Shown here: positions 10,273 to 21,870 of the stretch, piece after piece
Numbering within the stretch: the first letter of the stretch is position 1
Layout: each line of letters opens with the position of its first letter
Assembly (NCBI GenBank): GCA_026025075.1
Contig: JAPEUI010000089.1
Span: 1-64,000, forward strand
DNA: 64,000 nucleotides
Source of the DNA: Vezdaea acicularis
Taxonomy: Eukaryota
Reading direction: 5' to 3'
Notes under the pieces: generated by a model
What the model was told of the DNA's origin: nothing
The model's input: only the letters and a program-made list of their open reading frames with translations
Databases searched by the model: none
Made by a program: the position numbers and the translations under genes

Positions 10273-11344
10273 GTTATCACCGAAGAGTTGCTCAAAAGAG
10301 ACCTTATCTTACCCAAAATGATATGGATATCCGGTTAGAATGGGCCAAAAAGTATAGAGATTGGGTGAGAGAAGATTGGAGAAAGGTACTATTTACGGAT
10401 GAATCTCACATGTCAGCAGAACGGTCCGGTCGTGTGTATGTCACTCGCAAGGCTGGAGAGGAGAGCGATCCAACTACTCTACGACCAAGATTTGCCCATT
10501 ACTCGGCTTGTCAGATATCAGGATCAATCAGTGGAAAGGGAAAAGGCCCAATGATCATGTGGGATCATCGGCCTATAAGAAACAACAGCTCATCAGGCTG
10601 AGGGAAAACTATGGATGCTAAAGGGTATCATAAGCATGTGCTATGTCACTATGTGGAATACCTTCGGATTAATACAGAACTTATACTACAGCAAGATAAC
10701 GCATCCACCCATATAAAAGAGGAGTTAGAGTATCTATGAGACACTTATGGGATCCAAAGAATGGTCATTTGGCCCTTTAATTCCCCCAACTTAAACCCAA
10801 TTGAGAACATCTGGAATTTAATCAAATACTACATTTGGCATGGTGATGGGTCACCTAGGGGCATTGTTGAACTGAGAGAAGCTTTTAAGAGGGAATGGGA
10901 TCTTATCACTCAGGAACAGATCTTAGAATTCATTGACTCAATGCTAGAGCGGATTCGCATTTGTATTGAGCGGAGGGGAGGCTACACTGGCTACTGAATT
11001 TGAGTGGCATCCCTATGAAAATTTTCTATCTCGCTAGTATAAGTACTTAGAACGCCACATCTTGGCGGAACAGACATAGGCCCTACCCCGTGTACGAGCA
11101 GGAAGCGGCTAGAATCAATCAGGCAACGCAGGGAGGACGCAGTAGGCACGCAGTATAGTCGCAATAGGAGTTGGAATAGTTTAGTAGTCAATGGCATGTA
11201 TCTATACGATTGAATACTGAGGAGCTATCCTACAGTGCTTCCCCGTTTTGCTATATGACGATGGGTCACGTGACGCATGGGTAGCGCAGGGGTGCCGCTT
11301 GAGTCACGGGAAGGCAGGTTCGTGACAGTACGCTACATCCTCAC

Positions 11345-11750
11345 AGTTTGTGGGCGTTTGCTGGGGAAGATGAGTGTGGACTTGATCTCCTGACCTCGAC
11401 GTGTCAGACGACTTTGAAAGGTATAATTTTGTGGGCGTTTGCTAAGAACATAGTCTTGGACTTGGCTTGTTTTATAGAGGGCCCTTCTCCGAGGGAACCC
11501 TGCTTTGATAAGGCAATTAGGTAATTCAGAGATAGCTAGGGTAACGAGGCGTTCGCCGGGGAAGGATGTATTTGAACTTGACCCCTCGGCCTTTATGACA
11601 AAATGAGGGACTTTGAGGATTACAAAACTTCTGGGCTTACAGGTGTTCACTGGAGAGTATGAATCTAGATTAGCTTGTTCATTTCGGGCTCTTCTCTAAA
11701 GTTGACAATCTTGAAGCCTCTGGGTTTACCGGTCTTTATTGGAGAGAACT
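11345..11750. repeat. Highly degenerate remnants of the 43-bp unit beyond the transposon
   Basis: GGGCGTTTGCT at about 11352 and 11433, GGCGTTCGCCGGGGAA at about 11548, TTCTGGGCTTACAGGTGTTCACTGGAGAG at about 11629 and CTCTGGGTTTACCGGTCTTTATTGGAGAGAA at about 11718. Confidence 0.55.
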
Positions 11751-12289
11751 TGGTCTCCCGGCCTTGGCAAGTTGAGGAACTTGGAGAGTTTCAAATTTCC
11801 AGGGTTACGGACATTGGTTGTAGAGAGTTTTTGAGAAGTCTGAATTTGGAGTCTTTGCAGCAAAATGAACCAGACAGAAAATCACAGAAACATATATGCG
11901 TCGACCTTGGGTCCTATACATGGGTCTTCATTGAGGAAGCGTGGTCCTCGCCACTTCTAAAACCAGCACGAGCGTATTCGGACGAGCGGCTTGCTAACGC
12001 TAACCTCAGCCTCAATTCTACATTATGGCTAAGACTAGGCAACCATTGGATGACGGTTTGCTATTGTGTGTTCACTCCGTTAAACCTTTGCCAGATAGGA
12101 CGAAACAACTATATGGTCTGCATTCTCAATCCGCGCCTCTCAATGCTGCAAACTCTCTGCATCACGTCACCCATGTGTGGACAATAAATAGATGATAATC
12201 ACCTTCTTGCGAGAGTCAGACATACTAAGTTTCGGTGAAAGCCGCTCACAGGCTTCGCGCTGTTGCATTTGGACGTCGAGCTCTATAAA

Positions 12290-13474
12290 ATGGAACAATC
12301 CATCCCACCTCCAAACATCCGGACGTTATTACCACCGCTGCTTGCATGTCTGCCGACGGCCTTTGCATCGTCCCGCCCCCCACCCGCCCTTCTGACTCTT
12401 CTCTCACCAACGCTTCGGCAACGGGTTGAACTACTCTCCTCGACAGCGCCAACTAACGAGTCATGGCTGCCCCTGCTATGCTGGGACGGTGCGAAAGCAC
12501 TGATGCTCTCAGAGCTCGTCAAAAGCGATGCATTTGAACTGCATCCGGTTTCCGGAGAAGTGGAATTCAGAGATCCGAAGCCTACAACATATAGGCAGTT
12601 GGATGAGGAGACTCTACAGGCCAATGTCGTCTTAGATGGGTTGGGACTGCAGATTGTGCTTCTTTGGGTGTTTGAAGATCGGAAGGGAGAGCATTCCGAA
12701 TGGAAGGTGGCCGAATTGAAACCTATGGCTAGCCACGAAGCTGGCACAAGTTGGTATCCTACTATATCCGAAGCGAGCAAAGCAGTGCCTGGGACAGCCT
12801 CTGTAGAGAATGTTCAAGGCGGTGGCAATTTAGGTAAAGGAGCCGGAAACATCGGGCCCACTACCACGGCGCCGAATACTACCGATGAAAACGATGATGA
12901 TGATGCATACTGGGGTCAGTACGACAACACCCCAGGGCAGACACCTGCTCAAGATAGGTCGCCAGCTCCGCCAACAAAGGGTGGGACCAATGGACATCGC
13001 CGCACAACTTCTGAAGACGAGTACTTCGCACAGTATGCGCAAGTACAGCCCGAAATGGATAACGATGATCCAAGAGGAAATCGAGGGCCAGATCAACCGT
13101 CTTCTCTTGACGGAAATATCATTGAGCAAGCCCTTGTTCAAGAACCCGACCTCCAATCAGCCGCTGGGGAGATACTCAAACTTCAGAGAGAGCATCAAGG
13201 ATCGCGGGATCTGCGGTCTTCTTCAAGCCCGTCCGGCCTGCTTCACCCTCGCCCCTCTTCTCGATCATCGGGCAGATCCAGCCCTTTACAAAGATTGGAA
13301 GAGGGCGCCAAAGTGCAGTCAAGATTCGAAGTCGAAATCAGACAGCACGTGAAGACGAGCATCGCAAGTCTTCACAGGTTGGCGCGAGCTGCGGGCATTC
13401 AGGGCGAGGAGTTCAATGAGCTTGTGCGGACAGAATTGGAGATCGTGGCTATCATGGGAAGTGATGGAGAGTGA
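12290..13474 (+). CDS. Fungal hypothetical protein, single exon
   Basis: ATG at 12290 within the 403-aa ORF. Motifs IPPP..R.LLPPLLACLP, WLPLLCW, FELHPVSGE, DDDDAYWGQYD.TPG and SEDEYFAQYAQVQP look like conserved blocks. Confidence 0.85.
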   Translation: MEQSIPPPNIRTLLPPLLACLPTAFASSRPPPALLTLLSPTLRQRVELLSSTAPTNESWLPLLCWDGAKALMLSELVKSDAFELHPVSGEVEFRDPKPTTYRQLDEETLQANVVLDGLGLQIVLLWVFEDRKGEHSEWKVAELKPMASHEAGTSWYPTISEASKAVPGTASVENVQGGGNLGKGAGNIGPTTTAPNTTDENDDDDAYWGQYDNTPGQTPAQDRSPAPPTKGGTNGHRRTTSEDEYFAQYAQVQPEMDNDDPRGNRGPDQPSSLDGNIIEQALVQEPDLQSAAGEILKLQREHQGSRDLRSSSSPSGLLHPRPSSRSSGRSSPLQRLEEGAKVQSRFEVEIRQHVKTSIASLHRLARAAGIQGEEFNELVRTELEIVAIMGSDGE

Positions 13475-14352
13475 GGATACGAGCACGACAGCTGCAGACG
13501 TCGATATGCAGCGTAGTCCCGAAGGACACACAACCCTAACCTTAATTCTAACCCAATTGGCCTGTACATAGAGCAATTCTGAGTGGACTCGATTGGGTAT
13601 CAATGCACATGCTTGTGGCAGATCTGAGCAGTTCCATGGTTTGGTGAACTTTGCTTCGCACAATTAAACTACTTTCAAAGTAATTGCACTGCATGTAAGG
13701 GCAAACATGGGACAGTTGGGGCGCAAAAAGTCGGTCTTGCCCTCTAAAGTACATGACTTGTGACTTTTCACAAGGGACATTTTCAAAACCCATCAACAAT
13801 GCAGAAGTACTGTGGAGAGTAATGTCAGGGGCAAAATGCATTCCACCGCACCAATCGCATAAGTTAAGCTACGTGTTCAATCTCATCTTTCTCATCGCCT
13901 TTAACCCCAATAATACCTCGGGGGGCAGTCACTAAGACGATTGTTGCCAAATTGGCATCGCAAAATTGCAGCGACGGGGCCCTCCAGACGCCGTTGACGC
14001 GTGAAGGTGGGGTGGTGGTTAACTGGTCAGGGGCCACGCAGCGAAAAAGTGTTCGCTTAACCCTGTCTCTCAGGGAGGCTTTTCAGGCAAAGAAAGCCAG
14101 ATCGACAAAGCAACAGAAAAGTTGGGTCGACCTCAAATTTGTGCAAGCAATGCTCAGCTCTGGCACAGGTTATAGTACGATCGTCTAAGTCTTTGCCCTT
14201 CGGCATACGCGAAGCAGGCCTTGCTCTGTTTGTAAGTATGCCATTCCGCCCCGGAGCAGAGATCTTCACTGATTCCAGGTGCAGGGTTGAACGCGAGGAG
14301 CTCACTCAACAGCTTCCGATTCTCTTCTCCAGGCGATCGCGCCGTCCCAGCA

Positions 14353-16877
14353 ATGTCTTCGCCTGGCGGGATATTACGGAATCGCTCAGGAAATAACTCG
14401 AAGAAGGGTCCTGGTGCGATAGGGAAAGAGGCTTCGCTCGATGCGATCGTGAGCGAGCCGAGGAAGAATAGCAAGGGGGAGAAGTCTGAATGGGACTACA
14501 ACCTAGCCTTTGCTATAATAACGGTACTGGGGTTTGCGACAAGATTTTGGGGTATCAGTCACCCCAATGAAGTTGTCTTTGATGAAGTGCATTTCGGAAA
14601 ATTTGCGTCATATGTAAGTCAAGCAGTGCTCAATGCCTGGCGTATGCACATGCCATTCCACCCTCCTTGGCCCTACTTTAATACTTTATATCTTGCAATT
14701 ACTGTGAGGGCGTTTTAGCACCTGCTAATGTTCTTCCCACCAGTATTTACAAAGAACATATTTCTTCGATGTCCACCCACCATTTGGGAAGCTCCTCTTC
14801 GCCCTCATGGGGTGGTTTGTGGGCTATGACGGGCATTTTCTTTTTGAAAACATTGGAGATTCCTACATCGAGAACAAGGTCCCGTACGTCGCATTTCGAG
14901 CGCTTCCGGCTCTCATGGGAGCCCTGACTGTTCCTACCGTGTTCTTGATCATGTGGGAAAGCGGCTACTCTCTACCAGCTGCCATTGTCGCCGCTGGGTT
15001 GGTCCTTTTCGACAATGCGCATATTGGACAAACCAGGCTAATTCTGCTTGACGCAACGTTGGTGTTCGCAATGTCTCTCAGCATCCTTTGCTACATTAGA
15101 TTCTACAAGCTCCGCCACGAGCCTTTCGGACGAAAATGGTGGAAGTGGCTCTTACTGACCGGGATAGCTATGAGTTGCGTCATCTCCACAAAATATGTTG
15201 GCGTTTTCACTTTCTTCACGATCGGCTCTGCTGTCGCAATTGACCTTTGGGGCTTGTTGGATATTAATCGAAAACAAGGAGCACTTACCCTGCCAGAGTT
15301 TGGAAGACATTTCGGAGCCCGATTGTTTGGCTTGATCGTTGTGCCATTTATTTTCTATCTGTTCTGGTTCCAAGTCCACTTCTCAATCTTGACGAGGTCT
15401 GGCCCTGGAGACGACTTTATGACACCTGAATTCCAAGAGACCTTGAGCGACAATGTTATGACTATGCAAGCGGTGGGCATTGACTATTACGACACAATTG
15501 TCATCAGGCACAAGGAGACAAAGGCATACTTGCACAGCCATCCAGATCGCTATCCTCTTAGATACGATGATGGACGCGTGTCGAGTCAGGGACAGCAGGT
15601 CACGGGCTACCCTTTCAACGACACGAACAATCACTGGCAAATTCTACCACCCACAGCTTTCGAGGAAGGGGCAACTACTGGCCGTCACGTATTGAATGGA
15701 CAGGCAGTAAAGCTTCGCCACCTTGTCACAAACACAATCCTTCTTAGCCACGACGTCGCTTCTCCTTATCATCCTACTAACCAAGAGTTCACAACAGTAC
15801 CTATTGAAGAAGCAAATGGAGGTCGTCACAATGATACACTCTTCGAGATTAGAATTGAAGGGGGGAAGGACGGGCAAGAATTTAAGAGCAAGTCGGGCCA
15901 ATTCAAGCTGGTCCATGTACCTAGCAAAGTCGCGATGTGGACTCATACAACGCCTTTACCCGACTGGGCCTTCAAGCAGCAGGAGATCAATGGCAACAAA
16001 AATCTGTTACAGGGCAGCAATATCTGGTATGTCGACGATATCCCATCGATTCCAGAGGGCAGCGACCGGTTGATCAAGGAAGAGCGAAAAGTCAAGCGAC
16101 TTCCATTCCTGAAGAAGTACTTCGAATTACAGCGCGCCATGTTCTATCACAACAACGCTTTGACGAGCAGTCATCCGTACGCTAGTCAGCCGATTCAGTG
16201 GCCGTTTTTGTTACGTGGAGTAAGCTTCTGGACCCACAACGACACCCGACAGCAAATCTATTTCCTTGGCAACCCGATCGGTTGGTGGATTGCCAGCAGT
16301 ATCCTCGCCGTCTTTGCCGGGATTGTTGGCGCGGACCAGCTGTCATTAAGACGAGGCATTGATGCTCTTGAAGAACGTAAGTTCCCCCCCAACTCCGTTG
16401 AGATCCTCTCGTTTTACCAACAATTGTCTAAAACTAGTTTGGGGACCAGGCACCCGCTCTCGCCTTTACAATTCGACTGGCTTCTTCTTCTTATGTTGGG
16501 CTGCTCATTATCTACCATTTTACCTCATGGGCCGACAACTTTTCCTGCATCACTACCTACCGGCTCATCTAGCATCTGCCCTTGTGACGGGAGCTCTGAT
16601 GGAATTCGTATTTAATGTCGACCCAATTGCGGTCGAGGAGCCTCCATACGGTAGCGGTAAGGCTAGGGCTAAAGCTGGCAAGAGATCCTTGCCCGCAAGC
16701 GCCCGAATGGGCTCACAGAGTTACTTTGCAATGTGGGCCGCGACGGGTGTCGTCTTGGCAGCAGTGATCGGCGGCTGGTACTTCTTCTTGCCGTTAACGT
16801 ACGGCTATCCCGGACTCAGCGTGGCGGAGGTGAATGCTAGGAAATGGCTGGGCTATGACCTGCACTTCGCCAAGTGA
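14353..16877 (+). CDS. PMT4: Dolichyl-phosphate-mannose protein O-mannosyltransferase, Pmt4 subfamily
   Basis: [27 protein letters not shown], MIR-domain region (LHSH...SSQGQQVTGY) and GRQLFLHHYLP. Introns at 14614-14743 and 16377-16449. Confidence 0.95.
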
Positions 16878-17317
16878 GGAAGACAGTAAAGAATTCCGTT
16901 ACTCGACGCACATTCAAAGGCTAGATTTCTAGCACGGGGGGATGGATTCCTCAAAAATCTGTTTTAGCGAGTCGGTAGGAGCCTTATAGGGCGTCTCCAT
17001 GCGTGTAGCATAGCTCGAACAATCGTGTCTCAAAATCCGAAAATTCCTCTCTATTCCCGTCATTCCCCGTATTACCTGCGTCCCTGGTATTGAAGGGAGG
17101 GCTTGATCAGAGATGCGCCTTCCAGATACTGGACATGTCGAGTATTCCATAACAATGAAAGTTGTATATTTTACACATTATTTACAGGGCGCTGTGCCTT
17201 AGCTGCAAAGAGGTCTTGATGCCTGATGCAAGCCCTACCATCCGAGCTAAAGAATACCGCATGTATTTCGACTTTTCTCCAAACCTTTAGTCCATCTAAA
17301 GCTCCTCAAGGCTTTGA

Positions 17318-17747
17318 TTATTCCGCTGCCTTCATGTTCAAGTATGCTTCCAGGTCGAAACGAGAGTCGTTCGGGTCTGTTATGACTGTAGCAGGTGTTT
17401 GTGTAAGTTATAAATCCCAAGATGTCTCATGGGGGAGATTGCGACATACTGCCACCACCTTCTGTCTTCTTTTCCGCTGGCATTGTCTTTTTCGTCCATT
17501 CTGCCTTCGCTTGCTGTATTAAACTTTGCTTGTGCGCGTAATCACGGTCTATCTGTGCGCTTTTCGCGGATGCGCTCAGTGTCAGTTGGTGAGAGAAGCC
17601 ATAGAGGACGCCAACGGCTAGTGCGCCCCAACGTAGAACCTGCAAGTATTTTAGAGACTTAGCCACTTCCCAATTGATTATGCCAGAGCGATTAGGGAAA
17701 GCTGCGTCAAAGGGAAACCTTACGTTGACACCCGTTGAGGTAGACAT
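17318..17747 (-). CDS. TIM11: Mitochondrial ATP synthase subunit e
   Basis: Spliced product MSTSTGVN|VLRWGALAVGVLYGFSHQ...AKAEW...|ITDPNDSRFDLEAYL matches the fungal subunit e pattern. Two introns (17640-17723 and about 17387-17451). Confidence 0.9.
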
Positions 17748-18225
17748 TAGGGAGTTGACAGGGTTGCGGCCTGTGGCGAGGGAAAAGAGAAAAGTCAAGA
17801 GATGGGCGACTCAATTGATGGCTGAAACTCCAGGTGGAAAATTCAGGATGTCAAACACCACCCCGTAGTGGTCGTAAAGGGTAAATACTGGCGTGGGGCG
17901 TCAAATGTTGGAGCTCCGCTAAGTAGCAAGAAGCTTCTTCACTTCGGACAGATGCGGTACCTTCCATTTTCACGTGATATGGATTTTGAGCATCTTCGGT
18001 TCCCGATGGAAGACACGAGCAGATCAACAGGTATGGCACGTAGAAGAACAGGTGTTTTAACGTGTTGTGTAAGACGTTTTCATAAATATAATGTCTGCGT
18101 TCGCCTTTTAAGCGCTGTCCAGCTGTCTATCTAAGCTTCTACTACTCTTGCGACAACCTTATGCCGAATCTGAAGACCAGCATTCCACTCTCAGACTCCA
18201 ACGATACACATACCTATAATTCGGG

Positions 18226-20466
18226 ATGCAACAGCGTAAGGAGGAAATCCTTGCGAAGAAAGCGAGGCTTGCAGAGCTCAAGAAGCAAAATGAGCTTCGC
18301 AATAGACAATTCAGCGCTACCAGGCAAAGCTTAGGGGATGCTTCAGAAGTAGGTCTTGCCGTTCCGAGGGCAGAGCCACGGCTAATGACCATAAATAGCT
18401 GATTGCTCCTACGCCTGGTAGAGCTGACAACCGCGTGAAATTAGAAACCTTAATATCAAGTTTGGTTGGGGATAGCAGACCGGGCTCTGCTGGTCCAAGA
18501 GATGCCGGCTCGGGACCTCATTCGCTCGCTCGGGGGAGCCGACCAAATTCTGTGCTCAGCGCGGGGGATATAAGCCTCGATAATGCGGACCTCGCCAGTC
18601 CTACGGGCGTATCTGCAGTTGGGGCTCAGTCACGATCACCAACGATCACCTTGCAGAAGCTTTCTACTGCTCCCTTAGCCACGGTCTTCGAGTTCTCTCC
18701 CTCTCCTGTAAAGGAAGTCTTCTCCTACAGCAAGGGCGTCCAGACAACAGAGCCATGGTCTCCTCCTCTTCGGGATATTCGTGAAGATTTCTCTGACTCG
18801 GACGGAGATGGTTCCCCCTCAGCTATACGGTCCCCCAGAAACAGCAAACGACTCAGCCGGCGGAAAGACGAAGAGCTGCGGAATAACATAAGGAAAGAAA
18901 TCGAGGAAGAGCTACAGGCGATCAAAGAACCATCTAGAGATGGCCTTCTCAGTGGCATGGTGCAAGGCTCGAAGACCCAAAACTTTCCTGTCAGGGCTCT
19001 GACGAATGAAGAGCTGAACGCAGTCACATCTTCAGAGGATTTTCTAGACTTCGTTGAGCGTTCTAGCAAGGTCATCGAACGGGCCTTGGATGAAGAGTAT
19101 GATGTGCTAGCGGATTATGCTCACAGAGACTCCTATGGCATGGATGACGAAGATGACGGGTATGGGAGTGGAAAGGGAAAGGGTGGTAAGAAAGTACGGG
19201 AGCATGCGCAGTTCTACGACGAGAAGTGGAGCAAGAGGCGAATGATCACAGGAATTGACTTTTCACCAAAGGTGCGTAGCTCTTTGAGACAACAATGCTT
19301 CCGGTCCACTGACCCTTGTCTCCCTAACTTAGTTTCCTGAGCTTGTGTTAGCGTCCTATACAAAGAATTCGTCTGCACCTCACGAGCCGCCTGGAGTTGC
19401 GCAGGTGTGGAATTTGCATCTCCATGACCGCGCCGAATACGTGTTTAATTGTCCAACAGACCTCCTCACTGCAAAGTTCTCGCCCTTTCACCCTAGCTTG
19501 ATCGTTGGCGGCGGCTACAGTGGGCAAGTCTTTCTGTGGGACACGCGGGCGAAGGCGTCTCCCGTTCAGAGGACTCCGCTGACGAACGTCGGACACACGC
19601 ACCCAGTCTATTCTATACAAATAGTCGGCACGCAGAATGCGAATAACATTATCAGTTGCTCCACTGACGGCGCCGTTTGCGGATGGACCGTCGACATGCT
19701 CGCCCAACCCCAAGAGTACCTGGAGCTGATCACCCCACCGCCAACCAAAGCAGAAGATCTCGCCCCTACTTGTATGGCTTTTCCACAAGCAGACCCAACG
19801 TACTTCCTTGTTGGTACAGAAGAAGGTTCCGTATACCCGTGTCACCGTTACGACCGCGCCGGTGCCAAAGCCGGCATCGAACAACGCATCCGCTACAAAG
19901 GCCACGCTGCTCCCGTTATGTCCATCGACTTTCACCCTGCTCGGGGCCCCATCGATCTCGGGGATCTAGTCCTGACCTCATCCCTAGACTGGACCGTCAA
20001 ACTATGGCGAGCCAGAACGCCCGCGACCATCTCCTCCATCGCCTCCACCAATCATCAGCAATCCCGGCCGCTCCTCGAGTTCACCCGCGAGGATGTCGTC
20101 TACGACGCCGCCTGGTCTCCCGTCAAGCCCGGCATATTCGCCTTGGTTGACGGCTCGGGCTGCATGGAGGTCTGGGATATCACGTACGACACCGAGGTCC
20201 CAGTCGCCCGGACGAGTCCCACCACGCGCGAGCCGGACAAGCGGGGAGGGACCAAGAGTCTCAACAAGGTCGCTTGGGAGCAGATGGACGGCAAGCGGCT
20301 AGCTGTTGGTGGGATGGCGGGCGTGCTGACCGTTTACGAGGTCGGAAATGATTTGGGCGGGGCGGAGTACGCAAAGGCGGAGGAATGGGCTGCGGTCAAA
20401 AAGATGGTTTCGAAGCTTGACGCCGCGGTCTTGCCGGCACAGACAAACGGCTTGAATGGGTTTTAG
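18226..20466 (+). CDS. Cytoplasmic dynein intermediate chain (WD40; NudI/Pac11-like)
   Basis: N-terminus MQQRKEEILAKKARLAELK, YSKGVQT light-chain (LC8) binding motif, FLDFVERSSKVIERAL and WD40 repeats. Introns at 18349-18398 and 19272-19332. Confidence 0.93.
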
Positions 20467-21870
20467 TCACACACTAAGATCATCGTTGGCGTTTGAACTT
20501 TTCCACGCAGCATAGCTTAGGCGTAGATTGTAATTTTACACTTGAAGTACCCCATTTCATGCACGGATTGCTTTTACTGGCGACAAGGCATAGAGTTTGA
20601 GGTTGCACGTAATGAGCAGAATCCCCCCTCGTCAACAAGCACTGGCAATGCATGATACATGATCTAAGGGGGCCACAGCTTTGGACTTCGTCATTTAATC
20701 ATAAAATTAATGCTCGCAAAATTGGCGTTCAAATATTTGATGGATTTCTTTGCGGCTTCCTTCAAAGGCATTATAGAAGCTTCCACGAGTAGGGTAGAGC
20801 GAAAGTATTTTGGGGAGACTCGAAGGCGCGTCTAAACACCAAGCTAAGGAAACATTCTCACCACGCGAGATGATTTTGCACGGACAACAGCGCGCCAGGC
20901 CCCTAAATATTCATTCGGTGCGTTGGAAAGTGGCGAATGAAGGTGAGAAACGCCCTGTATTACCGTTCGTAGCACATCATTCCGCATTCGACAGCTCAAA
21001 ATGCTTAAGTTTGAGTATTACCCGGGACAAAGATGAATGCCAAAATTCGGCACAACACTATTCCTTGAGGAGTTAATTTTATCACTAGTTAGAACAAGTT
21101 TTGAAGAGTTGAACGACCAGGCTATCTACTCGGGCTATGGCTACTGGGAGATGTCAGAGCTCTTTACATAAATTATCGATTGGAGAGTATGAGATGTGAA
21201 CCGGCAAGTTGTTCACGCGAAAACCTATCATCTTGGGCACTCCTGGTGGCATACTAGCTGAAGCACGGTCACAAATGAAAAGGTGAGTGGTCCTATCAGA
21301 ATCATCGATGATGATTCTTAGAAGATTCAAACAAGAATAGTAGCTAAAGGTACAGGTAAGTCGGACTCTATCAACATGCCTATGAATCTTTGCATTGCAT
21401 TCGAAGCAAGCATTGATCAAGTAAAGAGCACGAGAAGAAGAAGAGATCTGCTATACAGAAATCTAGAAGCTAGGGAACTCCCTGCTTGAAACATAATTGG
21501 CCTCTCAAGGGCAGATGCTCCTTGTATCGAAAGCGGAATTGGTTGATCGAATCGAGTACCCCCGAAACGCAGCGAATTCTAAGCACGAAAAAGAAGCTCT
21601 GGAGCCTGATGTATAGCCTCCGACTATTATTGCCTGAGCAGCACAAAGCCGACGATGATTCGTCGGTCTGACGTGTGGAAAGATTTGAAATAGCCCATGG
21701 TTGAGACAAGTCTCCACAAGGACATGCAATGTTGAAAAGAACAATGCGGGACAGAGATAGTAAGCTAACTCCGGAAAGGCTAAAAGAATACTACTCGATC
21801 CGATCGAGGGGATGCGGTTTAGAAGAAAAGGTCGGTACTTCTCGCTCGTCCTTTGCTAAAAGGGTTCGAA

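Larger units (their letters stand above)
9233..10997 (+). pseudogene. Tc1-family transposase pseudogene (353 codons when reconstructed)
   Basis: Segments 9233-9367, 9655-9861 and 10278-10997 join in frame. Motifs: HTH (IAQMTGLTTRSVR), GY.RR.A.KRP.LT...RLEWA, VLFTDES, QQDNA and WP.NSPNLNPIENIW, with 35 residues between the second D and E. In-frame TGA stops at 10599 and 10737. Confidence 0.92.
9120..11092 (+). mobile_element. Tc1/mariner (IS630-Tc1, DD35E, impala-sized) DNA transposon, inactive
   Basis: Perfect 32-bp TIR CACGGGGTAGGGCCTATGTCTGTTCCGCCAAG (9120-9151 / 11061-11092), imperfect out to about 62 bp. TA target duplication at 9118-9119 and 11093-11094. Encodes a DDE transposase. Length is 1270 bp after removing the two nested inserts. 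Confidence 0.95.

Noticed and set aside
9120..11092. Fanzor/TnpB-carrying Tc1 element
   Set aside because: After removing the LTRs the 1270-bp element is filled by the transposase; there is no second ORF with RuvC or zinc-finger motifs.
4300..11900. Starship, Helitron or CACTA giant element
   Set aside because: No tyrosine-recombinase captain, Rep/helicase or CACTA termini, and no boundary repeats found.
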